Part shown: one piece after another, positions 37,339-46,702 of the stretch
How positions within the stretch are numbered: position 1 is the first letter of the stretch
How the letters are laid out: the number at the start of each line of letters is the position of its first letter
Assembly: GCA_964593375.1 (NCBI GenBank)
Contig: CAZQIF010000003.1
Span: 11,210 to 75,209 of the forward strand
Origin: an uncultured Candidatus Saccharibacteria bacterium
Lineage (GTDB): Bacteria; Patescibacteriota; Minisyncoccia; Phycocordibacterales; UBA918
DNA: 64,000 nt
Direction of reading: 5' to 3'
Position numbers and translations under genes: made by a program
Notes under the pieces: generated by a model
Told to the model about the DNA's origin: nothing
What the model saw: the letters and a program-made list of their open reading frames with translations, nothing else
Database searches by the model: none

Positions 37339-37380
37339 GTATCACGCCTTTGTTGTCGTTCGACAACAAAGGCGTGATAC
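37339..37380. repeat. 20-bp-arm palindrome downstream of PaaX-like gene
   Basis: GTATCACGCCTTTGTTGTCG-TT-CGACAACAAAGGCGTGATAC. Confidence 0.9.
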
Positions 37381-37598
37381 ATTTTGGATCACATTTCGTT
37401 TCAGAGTCCGAAGGTTTGGAAATTTTAGGGTGGAGTGTAATGCAAGTGGGGTATAAACGGCTGGATTGTAGGATTGGGAGACGCCCATAAGGTGTGCGTG
37501 TTCTCCTAGCTTCGAGCTCCGGAGGTGGAAACCAAGCAGCGAAGTATGTAATTGGTAACCACTTTTATTAACCCCGAAAAGGAGTAGAATTTAAGTAT

Positions 37599-38495
37599 AT
37601 GAAACCTCTTTATCTGCCACATTCCCAAGGCACGTTCCTCGGAATAGTTGGCGTCGCTTTGTTATTATTCATACAATTCATTCCACAGATAGCTGACGCA
37701 GCGTCAGTGTGTTCATTCTATCGTGACCTCCGTATGGGAAATTCAGGTGAAGATGTACGCTGTCTTCAACAGTACCTCAATGAAGAGTACCTTGCGGGTA
37801 TTGGCTATACGCTCGGGACACCGAGTGGCGTATATGATGGCTACACACAGCAGGCAGTACAGTGGTGGCAACAAGCAAATAAGGTCAGTCCAGTAACAGG
37901 TAGTTTTGGTCCACTCTCACGAAGTCGCTACCATGCGCTCCCACATAACGGGCTTGTCATATACGATTCTGACGAAAATGATAGGTTCACGACAGGTGAT
38001 GAAGCAAATGCACAAAATGCGATTGAAGACGCTTTTGACGAGATTGAGAATGCAAAGGACGAGATAGATGATGCAAACAGTGGTGCGAACATTAGTCGAG
38101 CAGAAGACCTGCTTTGGGACGCATATGAAGAACTTCTTGATGCACTCCTCGCATATTTTGATATGGATTTTAACGACGCAGAAGATTTTGCAGATGATGC
38201 ACAGAATAGTGCGGAAGATGCATTCGATGAAGCAGAGGGGGACTCAAACAACCGCAATGACGACGTTGATGAACAGCTCGACGACGCATGGGATGAGTGG
38301 AACGACGCATGGGATGAATTCAGTGATGCGGAGGATGACGACGAAGACACAAATGATGCAGAAGACCTCCTTGAAGATGCAGAAGACCTCCTCAATGATG
38401 CTGAAGATGAACTCGATGATGATAATGAAGACGATGCGGAAGACCTTATCGAAGACGCGCTCGACCTCATAGACGAAGCATTGGATGAGTTTTAG
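37599..38495 (+). CDS. Secreted protein with peptidoglycan-binding domain and highly acidic helical repeats
   Basis: Signal peptide; RDLRMGNSGEDVRCLQQYLN...TQQAVQWWQ...TGSFGPLSR PG-binding pattern; AEDLLEDAEDLL repeats. Confidence 0.8.
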   Translation: MKPLYLPHSQGTFLGIVGVALLLFIQFIPQIADAASVCSFYRDLRMGNSGEDVRCLQQYLNEEYLAGIGYTLGTPSGVYDGYTQQAVQWWQQANKVSPVTGSFGPLSRSRYHALPHNGLVIYDSDENDRFTTGDEANAQNAIEDAFDEIENAKDEIDDANSGANISRAEDLLWDAYEELLDALLAYFDMDFNDAEDFADDAQNSAEDAFDEAEGDSNNRNDDVDEQLDDAWDEWNDAWDEFSDAEDDDEDTNDAEDLLEDAEDLLNDAEDELDDDNEDDAEDLIEDALDLIDEALDEF

Positions 38496-38536
38496 TCAGT
38501 AGTAATATGTTGCGGTAGCCATTATTAACTCTACTT

Positions 38537-38596
38537 GAAATTCCCGAGGCCTTGCCTCGGGAATTTAAGAAACGGCTGCTCGATGGGAGCAGCCGT
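38537..38596. terminator. Two hairpins between convergent genes
   Basis: AAATTCCCGAGGC-CTT-GCCTCGGGAATTT and ACGGCTGCTC..GAGCAGCCGT. Confidence 0.6.
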
Positions 38597-38616
38597 GTGG
38601 GAGGGGTGATTTTGAT

Positions 38617-38982
38617 CTAGTGTCGACGTTTAAAATCAAGAACAACACTGTTGTTTTTGTTTTTGGTCAGGGCCTCCTCGGATTGAAATTCTTTCTGAGG
38701 CTTTAAGTCGGCTAATGTATTGTAGATTAGAATCTCCTCGCACCGCCAGCAGTAGTGCACCGCCTCGCCATCTTCGGTGATACCAATACGGTTTGGCGTT
38801 CTGCAAAAGAGATGAGCCAGACCAGTAACTGTGCCACCTGAATGAATTGTTTTCTGAACTTCGCCCTTATCTCGGAGATGTAGCCGTTTTGCGGCTTGGC
38901 GGATTTGAAAGAAATTGGACGGTATTAAGACACCAAGACCCAATCCAATCAGAACAAAAAGCAGAATACTGTAAAAGAGCAC
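38617..38982 (-). CDS. Hypothetical membrane-anchored protein with CxxC motif
   Basis: SD AAGGAG, GTG start, N-terminal TM, HYCWRCE; promoter TTGACT-N17-CATATT at 39043-39071. Confidence 0.65.
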   Translation of the reverse strand: MLFYSILLFVLIGLGLGVLIPSNFFQIRQAAKRLHLRDKGEVQKTIHSGGTVTGLAHLFCRTPNRIGITEDGEAVHYCWRCEEILIYNTLADLKPQKEFQSEEALTKNKNNSVVLDFKRRH

Positions 38983-39077
38983 GTTTTTCTCCTTGTTAGA
39001 AGCAATGTATTTAAACCCTCAAACCTACAAGTTTCTACTTTAAATATGCTCCTAAGTTCATATTCAGTCAATTTGCT

Positions 39078-39113
39078 CAAAAAATCCCTGAATGGATATT
39101 CAGGGATTTTTTG
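39078..39113. terminator. Bidirectional terminator-like hairpin downstream of antiporter
   Basis: CAAAAAATCCCTGAAT-GGAT-ATTCAGGGATTTTTTG. Confidence 0.75.
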
Positions 39114-39135
39114 TAGACAGGAGAGTGAGGACAAC

Positions 39136-41241
39136 TTATGAAGTCACGCGGGCATTGTCGCGTTCAAAGTGGTCAGTGAGTGCGATGGAAACTTTTGAAG
39201 TTACCATGTTGCGGTCACGGAGTTTCGCAAGGAGAATCGTCTCATTTTTGTAGAGAGAGAGTCGCGCGAGCGATTCATCGAGCTGACTAAACATAACGGG
39301 ATTCTCTTCACGGAGCGCTTCCATCTTTGAAAGAGAACCTTCGCGATAGTGCTCATAGAGCGCAATGGTCTCACGGATGATTTCATGGGGAAGGGTGAAG
39401 TCTGGAGTGAAACAGTCTTCAAGTTGCTTGAGTTCTTTTGTTACTTTGCGAGAAACAATTGCAAGGGCTCGATAGTAGAGGTACTTATTACGTGAAAGGT
39501 CGACTTCGGCTGGCTTTGGCTTCGTGAAATTGCGTAAGCCCTGCGCGAGAATCTCAAACACATCAAGTGAGCGACCGTACTCGTATTCATTTTCTTCATA
39601 TTGACCGTGTTCAATTGCTTGTGTCTGGTACTCGAGTTTTGACATGACACGCTTGATAATATCCTCAGTGATTTCGTTATATGCGAAAAGTTCATTTACG
39701 TATTTTCGCTCGATACCTATAGCGTGGAGTTTAATTACCTTGCGTAATGTCTCTGGCTCCTTCGTATGGAGCTTGAGGTCACCGAGCGCAAGTCGAATGC
39801 GCGTATGCTGCTCCTCGGTTAGTTCCTTGAACGCAGCCTCATTGACATAGCCTTTCTTGAAGGAATCCTCGAGTTTTTTTATGGTCGTGTTGTATACGTA
39901 CACAATCATCTCGCGGAAGTTAATCTCCTCAAGGAGTGTGAGCGTATCGAGCTTGAGTTTCTTCATAAAGAACCCAATCGTAGTCGCCTTGATGAAGAGC
40001 GTTGCAAAGACACAGCTAATGGTGAGGGTAAGAATGAGTTCTTTCGGAGTGAGCTCGAAAGTCCATCCGGGGAAAGTGAGTGTGTCTGGAATCATGAGTA
40101 CCATCGTGACCGCGAGTGCACCTCGGAGACTCCCCCAAGAGAGTACGTGTTGCCATGAGGTTGGAATTTTTCGTGCATCAGTTGTAAAGAAATTAAACGC
40201 TCGGACAACAGGGTAAATAGAGAGCGCACGTGAACCTGCAACTATGAGAATGGTCATGACAATTACTGGGATGAGTGCAATTGCCTCACGCGGAAGTTGA
40301 ATCGCGAGCATCCCGATGAGAATAAAAATGAGTGAGTTGGCAAGGAACGCGAACTGACTCCAGTACTTTTCAACGAATTCAGTTGCATGTGCGGGGAGCT
40401 TGTATCGTCCATAATTTCCCATGAGGAGGGAAGCAACCGCCGTCGCAATAATGGGTGAGAGGTGGATGGCCATACCACCAATCACGAGGTGTTGTGAGAG
40501 GAGGTCGGTACAAATAAACGTGAGGTGCGCGAGCACAATCGTGAGTGTCACTGCAGCATATTCGTTTGAGCGTGTGTAGCCAACGAGCTTCGCAAAGATT
40601 CCACCCGAAACAAGTCCGAAGATAATACCGCCAATAACCATGAAAATAAATGAGAGTGTGCCGTGTGCGATGTCGCTTACGCCATAGAGGCCTGATTCAG
40701 CAATGGCGAGGACAACGAGAAAGAGCGCAACACCCGTTCCATCGTTAAAAATACTTTCTCCTTCAAAAATAAGTGAGAGTCTGCGTGGAGCACCATATTC
40801 TTTAAAGAGTGCGAGTACTGCGACTGGGTCGGTTGCGGAGATGATTGACCCAAAGAGGAGTGAGAAGATAAATGGAATGTCGAGGTGCATGAGTCCAAAC
40901 GCAATATCAAGACCAAACGCAATCGCGACTGCCGAAACGAGGAGGCTTATGACCGAGAGTACGCTGATGATGACCGCATCGTCCGTGAGGCGCTTGATGT
41001 GAATGCTGAACGCCGACTCAAATATGAGTGTCGGAAGGAAGATATAAAAGAGAAGTTCCGGGGTGAGCGTGAGGTCATCAATAAATCCAAACTTTGAGGT
41101 GAATGAGAGTGCTCCAAGAAACACACCAATGAGCACAAGAATCACTGTGTGGGGGATTTTTGCACGCTGGGCAAGGAATAATGAAATACTCGAAATCGCG
41201 AGCATGATGAACATCGCGAGTGCTGATTCTACAGTAAGCAT
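39136..41241 (-). CDS. CPA1-family Na+/H+ antiporter
   Basis: About 12-13 TMs; FLPTLIFESA, SATDPVAV, EGESIFNDG, WGSLRGAL motifs; soluble C-terminal tail. Confidence 0.92.
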   Translation of the reverse strand: MLTVESALAMFIMLAISSISLFLAQRAKIPHTVILVLIGVFLGALSFTSKFGFIDDLTLTPELLFYIFLPTLIFESAFSIHIKRLTDDAVIISVLSVISLLVSAVAIAFGLDIAFGLMHLDIPFIFSLLFGSIISATDPVAVLALFKEYGAPRRLSLIFEGESIFNDGTGVALFLVVLAIAESGLYGVSDIAHGTLSFIFMVIGGIIFGLVSGGIFAKLVGYTRSNEYAAVTLTIVLAHLTFICTDLLSQHLVIGGMAIHLSPIIATAVASLLMGNYGRYKLPAHATEFVEKYWSQFAFLANSLIFILIGMLAIQLPREAIALIPVIVMTILIVAGSRALSIYPVVRAFNFFTTDARKIPTSWQHVLSWGSLRGALAVTMVLMIPDTLTFPGWTFELTPKELILTLTISCVFATLFIKATTIGFFMKKLKLDTLTLLEEINFREMIVYVYNTTIKKLEDSFKKGYVNEAAFKELTEEQHTRIRLALGDLKLHTKEPETLRKVIKLHAIGIERKYVNELFAYNEITEDIIKRVMSKLEYQTQAIEHGQYEENEYEYGRSLDVFEILAQGLRNFTKPKPAEVDLSRNKYLYYRALAIVSRKVTKELKQLEDCFTPDFTLPHEIIRETIALYEHYREGSLSKMEALREENPVMFSQLDESLARLSLYKNETILLAKLRDRNMVTSKVSIALTDHFERDNARVTS

Positions 41242-41336
41242 AAGAATTAATTTGGTGTTAAAAATGTTGAGCTAATAAAATAAAAAACAAAAAAAAGCGT
41301 ATAACGCTTAAGTGTCCCCAGAGAGATACGGAGAAC

Positions 41337-41795
41337 CTATGCAGTATCTCTGATGTTGAGGAATTTTGCAAGAATATGCTTGAGACCTCGTCGTGAGACG
41401 AATCCAATTGGGCGATCATCATGGTCAACGATTGGAATATGAGCCGTCTGATTTGCAATGGCAGTCGCAGCAATACTCATGAGACTATCATCAACATGAA
41501 TGGGTTGAATATCGACGGTCATAAAATCCGCGACAGTCTTTTCAGATGCGTTTTTGACTGCTTCCTTGAAGGCTTCTTCGGTTGAGAATTCTTCCATAAT
41601 ACTGTCGCCGTCGAGGTATTCGGGAACAATGGCATCGAGGAGATCAGATACATTTACTTCTCCGGTGAGTATACCTTCATCATTAACCACAAGGAGAGAG
41701 TTGGTCTGCTTTTTGACCATGGTAGAAATCGCATCATGAAAGGTTGCATTTTCACTGATGACGACAGCCTCTTTTGCAATATCCTTTATCTGCAT
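41337..41795 (-). CDS. CBS domain pair protein
   Basis: LLVVNDEGILTGEV..SDLL, VADFMT, IPIVD...PIGFVSRR; ATG 41795 chosen. Confidence 0.85.
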   Translation of the reverse strand: MQIKDIAKEAVVISENATFHDAISTMVKKQTNSLLVVNDEGILTGEVNVSDLLDAIVPEYLDGDSIMEEFSTEEAFKEAVKNASEKTVADFMTVDIQPIHVDDSLMSIAATAIANQTAHIPIVDHDDRPIGFVSRRGLKHILAKFLNIRDTA

Positions 41796-41852
41796 ACCCC
41801 TTAATGATACTCCGGTCGTGGAGAAAGTAAATATCTTCTGTATAATGCCTAC

Positions 41853-44843
41853 ATGCAAAACTCACTCTTTGATGAGGCATATAAACGGCTTAATCCAGCC
41901 CAAAAAGAGGCTGTAGACACCATAGAAGGGCCAGTAATGGTCATAGCGGGGCCGGGGACAGGGAAGACGCAGATTCTCACCCTCCGCATTGCAAACATAC
42001 TCCTTAAGACGGATACACGCCCTGAGAATATTTTGGCGCTCACCTTCACCGAATCAGGCGCTCGCGCGATGCGCGAGCGCCTGGCATCCTACATTGGTGC
42101 GCCTGCATACCGTGTTCCGATATACACATTCCATGAATTTGCCGGAATCCTCATTCGTACCTACCCCGAAGCCTATGAGCGAGCGGTGGGCGGAAAGCCG
42201 ATTACTGACCTTGAGAAAATCACGCTCATTGAGTCGCTCCTTGCATCGCCTGATGTTAAGCAACTTCGCCCCCACGGAAATCACGAATTTTATGTAAAGC
42301 CAATCATGAGCGCACTCTCGCTCATGAAGCGTGAGTACATTACGCCTGACCGTTTAGCGGAAATTATTGTCGAGCAAGAAGCAGTACTTAACGAGACACC
42401 AAAGATTCATGAAAAAGGTGTACATAAAGGAAAGGTCCGTAGCGAGTACATCGACCGTGAAAAGCATCTACTCAAAAATCGTGAACTACTTTTTATCTAT
42501 CGTGCGTATGAGTCAGCGCTTCAAGGAGAAGGGCAATACGATTTTGAGGACATGATTTTTGAGACGGTGAAAGCGATGGAGGGAAGTGAGGACATGCTAC
42601 GTTCACTCCAAGAAACGTACCAGTACATTTTGGCCGATGAACACCAAGACGTGAACGGAAGTCAAAACCGCATTCTCGAACTCCTCGCGTCATTCCATGA
42701 GAACCCCAATATGTTTGTCGTAGGGGACGAAAAACAAGCAATCTATCGATTTCAGGGAGCCTCACTCGAAAACTTTTTATACTTTGAAGAAAAATTCCCG
42801 AACACCAAAACAATTGCACTCACCGCTAATTATCGTTCCGCACAGAATATTCTCGACCTTTCACATGAGCTTATTGTCGTCGATGCAGGTTCTGCTTCAG
42901 AACTTCGTGTTCCGCTTACCGCAATAAAGAAAGAGACAGGAGTCATCGAACGACGCGCGTTTAGTCATGAAGCAGTTGAACATGAGTATGTGATTAGTGC
43001 AGTAGAAAAGCTCATTGCGGATAGTACGCCACTCGAGGAAATTGCGATTATACTGCGAACAAACCGTGAGGTTGAAGAGTTTGCAACACTTCTTAGAAAG
43101 CGCGGTATTTCGGCGGAGGCTTCGGCTGATGGTGATATTCTCTATCATCCGATTACCACTTCAGTGCGTGAACTCATTGATGCAGTTATTCATCCAGAAG
43201 ACGAGCGAGCGCTCGCGGGAGTACTCATGAGTGGGTATAGTGGCATCGCGGTTCAGGATATTGTGCGCATCATGCGTGCGCGCACATACAGTCGACCACT
43301 CACTGCAATTGTTGCTGATACCGAAGGAATGCAGGAACTTGGTGTGACCGACGCTCCACGTGTGAGTCATCTTGTGGAGGTTCTAATGGAAGCACGTAAG
43401 CGTATGTCGCTTGAGGCACCACATCGCGTGCTTGAGTATATGCTCCGAGAAACAGGGCTTCTTGACCATGCAATTGCCTATGACCCGTACGATGGCGGGC
43501 GCGTGATTCGTCGACTCTACGATGAAGTTGAAGAAATGGTTCGCCACGAAGAAGTACAAACGCTCGCGGATATTGGTATGATGTTTAAGCTCCGCATTCT
43601 CCACGGATTGCCACTTAACGCACCGTACATTCGTGCCAATCGCCATGCGGTGCAGGTCATGACAGCACATAAAGCAAAAGGACTCGAGTTTCTCCATGTA
43701 TTTATTCCACACCTCACTGATTCACGGTGGGGCGGAAAAACACGCACTGAATATTTCCGTATCCCGATTACGCACCATAAGGGCGCTGAGGAGCATGACC
43801 AAAATGATGATGAGCGAAAGCTTCTCTATGTTGCACAGACGCGCGCAAAAATCGGTCTCTATATGAGTTCGAGTGAAACGAGCGCTGAGGGTCGCACGCT
43901 TCTTCCGACGCGACTTCTTGAAGATGTTGGTGCATCGACCATCGGTGAAGTTGATGTCTCACCACTTGAAAGTGCCTTTAATCCAACTGACTCTGTGGTG
44001 CACAAAGACACGCGCATGCCGATTGATGCAACGCTCCTTAAAACCGTACTTCACGAGCGTGGGCTTTCTGCAACGGCACTCAATAACTATTTGCGTGACC
44101 CGTGGAATTATTTCTTTCGCAACGTACTGCATATTCCCGAAGTACAGGAGGAGAGCGCACAGTTTGGTACTGCCCTCCATGATACGCTCCGTGCAGTGAT
44201 GCACTACAGACGTGAACATGGTGAACTTCCGAACACTACAACACTCAAGACTTTTCTTGAGCGAGAACTTAAAAAGCTTCCGATTACCCACACCGAGTAT
44301 GTGCGACACCATGAGCGTGGACTGGTTGCCCTTACGACGTACCTCGGGTATGTAGAAAACGCACTTCCTCACGAAACGAAAGAAGAATATGGTATCGAAT
44401 CAGTGCTCCAAACGGGTGATACAGAAATTCCTGAAGTGCGTCTTACGGGAAAACTCGACCGTCTCGATTTTGATACCGCAGGGCGCATAGTGCGCGTTGT
44501 AGACTACAAATCAGGGAAACCTAAGACACGTGGATACATCGAGGGAACGACAAAAGATTCAACCGGTGACTACAAGCGCCAACTCACATTTTATGCATTT
44601 ATGCTCTCACTCCAGAGTGATGAGCGACTTGTGTGTCGTGATGGCCTCCTCTCATTTGTTGAAGCGGATGAAAAGGGAAAGATTCACGAAGAAGCTTTTA
44701 CCATAACGGATGAGGAAATTGAAACACTTAAAGCGGAAGTTATTCGAATCGCCCTAGAAATCGGAAAAGGCGCGTTTTTAGACGCGCCTTGTGATCCTCT
44801 CATGTGTACCTATTGTGATTTGGTAGCACGGCTTCGAAAATAA
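41853..44843 (+). CDS. UvrD/PcrA-family SF1 helicase fused to C-terminal PD-(D/E)xK nuclease (AdnAB/AddA-like)
   Basis: AGPGTGKT, DEHQD, GDEKQAIYRFQGA, TAHKAKGLEF, YVAQTRA; GKLDRLD..VVDYKSG..QLTFY; terminal CxxxxCxxC. Confidence 0.92.
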   Translation: MQNSLFDEAYKRLNPAQKEAVDTIEGPVMVIAGPGTGKTQILTLRIANILLKTDTRPENILALTFTESGARAMRERLASYIGAPAYRVPIYTFHEFAGILIRTYPEAYERAVGGKPITDLEKITLIESLLASPDVKQLRPHGNHEFYVKPIMSALSLMKREYITPDRLAEIIVEQEAVLNETPKIHEKGVHKGKVRSEYIDREKHLLKNRELLFIYRAYESALQGEGQYDFEDMIFETVKAMEGSEDMLRSLQETYQYILADEHQDVNGSQNRILELLASFHENPNMFVVGDEKQAIYRFQGASLENFLYFEEKFPNTKTIALTANYRSAQNILDLSHELIVVDAGSASELRVPLTAIKKETGVIERRAFSHEAVEHEYVISAVEKLIADSTPLEEIAIILRTNREVEEFATLLRKRGISAEASADGDILYHPITTSVRELIDAVIHPEDERALAGVLMSGYSGIAVQDIVRIMRARTYSRPLTAIVADTEGMQELGVTDAPRVSHLVEVLMEARKRMSLEAPHRVLEYMLRETGLLDHAIAYDPYDGGRVIRRLYDEVEEMVRHEEVQTLADIGMMFKLRILHGLPLNAPYIRANRHAVQVMTAHKAKGLEFLHVFIPHLTDSRWGGKTRTEYFRIPITHHKGAEEHDQNDDERKLLYVAQTRAKIGLYMSSSETSAEGRTLLPTRLLEDVGASTIGEVDVSPLESAFNPTDSVVHKDTRMPIDATLLKTVLHERGLSATALNNYLRDPWNYFFRNVLHIPEVQEESAQFGTALHDTLRAVMHYRREHGELPNTTTLKTFLERELKKLPITHTEYVRHHERGLVALTTYLGYVENALPHETKEEYGIESVLQTGDTEIPEVRLTGKLDRLDFDTAGRIVRVVDYKSGKPKTRGYIEGTTKDSTGDYKRQLTFYAFMLSLQSDERLVCRDGLLSFVEADEKGKIHEEAFTITDEEIETLKAEVIRIALEIGKGAFLDAPCDPLMCTYCDLVARLRK

Positions 44844-44850
44844 TCAGAAA

Positions 44851-45624
44851 TTATTTTATTGCATTATTAATGATTTGCTTTACCGTTTCGTAGGGCTGGG
44901 CTCCATTTATCGGCACTCGTTCATTTCCTACAATGAGATATGAGAACGGCGTTCCTTGCGCACCTGCTGCTGTCGCTGCGGCAATGTCCGACTGAATTTT
45001 TTCAGCATACTTATCGCTATTGAGGCAGAGCTCGAATTTGCCCTTATCGACACCTGCGGTTGTTGCAAACTCTGAGAGACGAGTTACGTTTGTTGGTTCA
45101 ACACTTTTGAGTGAACCGTTTGCATCGTACTCGACTTTCCGTGAGGCATTGAGAGCATCGAGGAATTTCCAAAAGGATTCATTTCCGCCAAGTTCACTCA
45201 CACACTCAGATGCCATGGCGATTTTAGGGGCGTCTGGGTGAAGTTGTACAATCGGGAATTGACGAAAAACCCACGCAACTTTTCCATCAGAACCAAAATC
45301 AGCCATAATCTTATTCATGGTGTCATGAAAGAGGCGACAGAATGGACAATCAATATCTGAATACTCAACAATCATGATTGGTGCGTTTGGATTGCCACGG
45401 ATGTGATCAGCTTCGGTAACGGGTGCAACATCAACCTCTGGAGTAACTTGTTGTGCAGGGTCATTTCCTGTTCCGCCAACTTTCACCACATCTTTTGATG
45501 TTTGTTGTACGCCACTCATGTAGATTGCTCCCGCGATAAGCGCAGCGGCAATCACGATGGCGACTGGAATTCCGAGATTGTTTGCTCTCGATGCAACTGC
45601 TGATGTGTTTTGTGTTTCTTCCAT
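44851..45624 (-). CDS. DsbA-family thiol-disulfide oxidoreductase
   Basis: N-terminal TM, DHIRGNPNA..IVEYSDIDCPFC, FPIVQLHP, GTP, INGAQP. Confidence 0.92.
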   Translation of the reverse strand: MEETQNTSAVASRANNLGIPVAIVIAAALIAGAIYMSGVQQTSKDVVKVGGTGNDPAQQVTPEVDVAPVTEADHIRGNPNAPIMIVEYSDIDCPFCRLFHDTMNKIMADFGSDGKVAWVFRQFPIVQLHPDAPKIAMASECVSELGGNESFWKFLDALNASRKVEYDANGSLKSVEPTNVTRLSEFATTAGVDKGKFELCLNSDKYAEKIQSDIAAATAAGAQGTPFSYLIVGNERVPINGAQPYETVKQIINNAIK

Positions 45625-45684
45625 GCTTGCTTAGAATGCTTAGATTTTATTAATGATTGTAATGAATTTAGAAAATCTTAGCTG

Positions 45685-45765
45685 TGGCCAGAAATTAAGG
45701 AATGAAATGACTATAATTTCTGAGTCTGTCGATTTTTCTTCTTCATTGAAGAAAAATCGACCATA
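45685..45765 (+). repeat. Structured intergenic repeat family A, copy 3
   Basis: CCAGAAATTAAGGAATGAAATGACTATAATTTCTGAGTC nearly identical to 16790-16828, then GTCGATTTTTCTT..AAGAAAAATCGAC. Confidence 0.8.
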
Positions 45766-45892
45766 CCCTTTCCATAATGTTTTCTGGTGACGAACGAACT
45801 CTAGTTTCACTACTTTCGGTCTTTACTTGTAAACTATTTTGTATCGACAAGTATACCATACACACTCATTTTGACATGCTATACTGCTTGGG

Positions 45893-46702
45893 ATGGATAT
45901 ACTTTCTGCCATTATTTTGGGTTGTGTTCAGGGAATCACTGAATTTCTGCCCGTTTCCTCAACCGGTCATCTTGTGCTCATGCATGAGGTGCTTGGTATA
46001 GAAGACGCGAACTCACTCGCTTTTGATGCACTCCTACACCTTGCAACCGCAGGTGCAGTGATTGTCTATTATTTTGATGAAATACTGATACTGGTACAAA
46101 CGGTCCTCCGTAAGCTCGGCAGACTTCCGGTGAATGAAAAAGATTTGACTATCGTTAAAGCAATCGCTGCGGCTACTGTTCCAGCGGTCATTCTCGGATT
46201 ACTGCTTGAGTCATATATGGAAACGGTCTTTCGTCATCCAATACTCGTAGCAATCGTGCTTGTGATTGGTTCAGTATTCTTCATGTACGTTGAGTATCAA
46301 TACCAGAACACTCCTGCTGGTCGCGATATCGATGCGGGGATGGGACTCAAAATTGGTTTCTTTCAGTCACTCGCGCTCATTCCTGGATTTTCTCGCTCGG
46401 GTGCTTCAATTGCGGGAGGTATGCTCCTTGGACTCACGCGCGCGGAAGCGGCGCGTTTTGCATTCCTTATTTCGGTTCCAGTAATTCTCGGGGCAGGGGT
46501 TAAGAAACTTATTGAACTCATTTCATCCGATGTTGCAGTTGCGTGGCTTCCCATTAGCATGGGAGCACTCTGCGCTTTTATCGTAGGACTTCTCGCAATT
46601 CACTTTATGATTTCGTTCGTGAAGAAATATACTTTGTGGCCGTTTATTTGGTATAGGATTATTCTTGCATCCTTTATCATATTCGTATTCATTTTCAACT
46701 GA
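45893..46702 (+). CDS. uppP: Undecaprenyl-diphosphatase
   Basis: QGITEFLPVSSTGHL, ALIPGFSRSGASI, AARFAFL, multiple TMs. Confidence 0.97.
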   Translation: MDILSAIILGCVQGITEFLPVSSTGHLVLMHEVLGIEDANSLAFDALLHLATAGAVIVYYFDEILILVQTVLRKLGRLPVNEKDLTIVKAIAAATVPAVILGLLLESYMETVFRHPILVAIVLVIGSVFFMYVEYQYQNTPAGRDIDAGMGLKIGFFQSLALIPGFSRSGASIAGGMLLGLTRAEAARFAFLISVPVILGAGVKKLIELISSDVAVAWLPISMGALCAFIVGLLAIHFMISFVKKYTLWPFIWYRIILASFIIFVFIFN

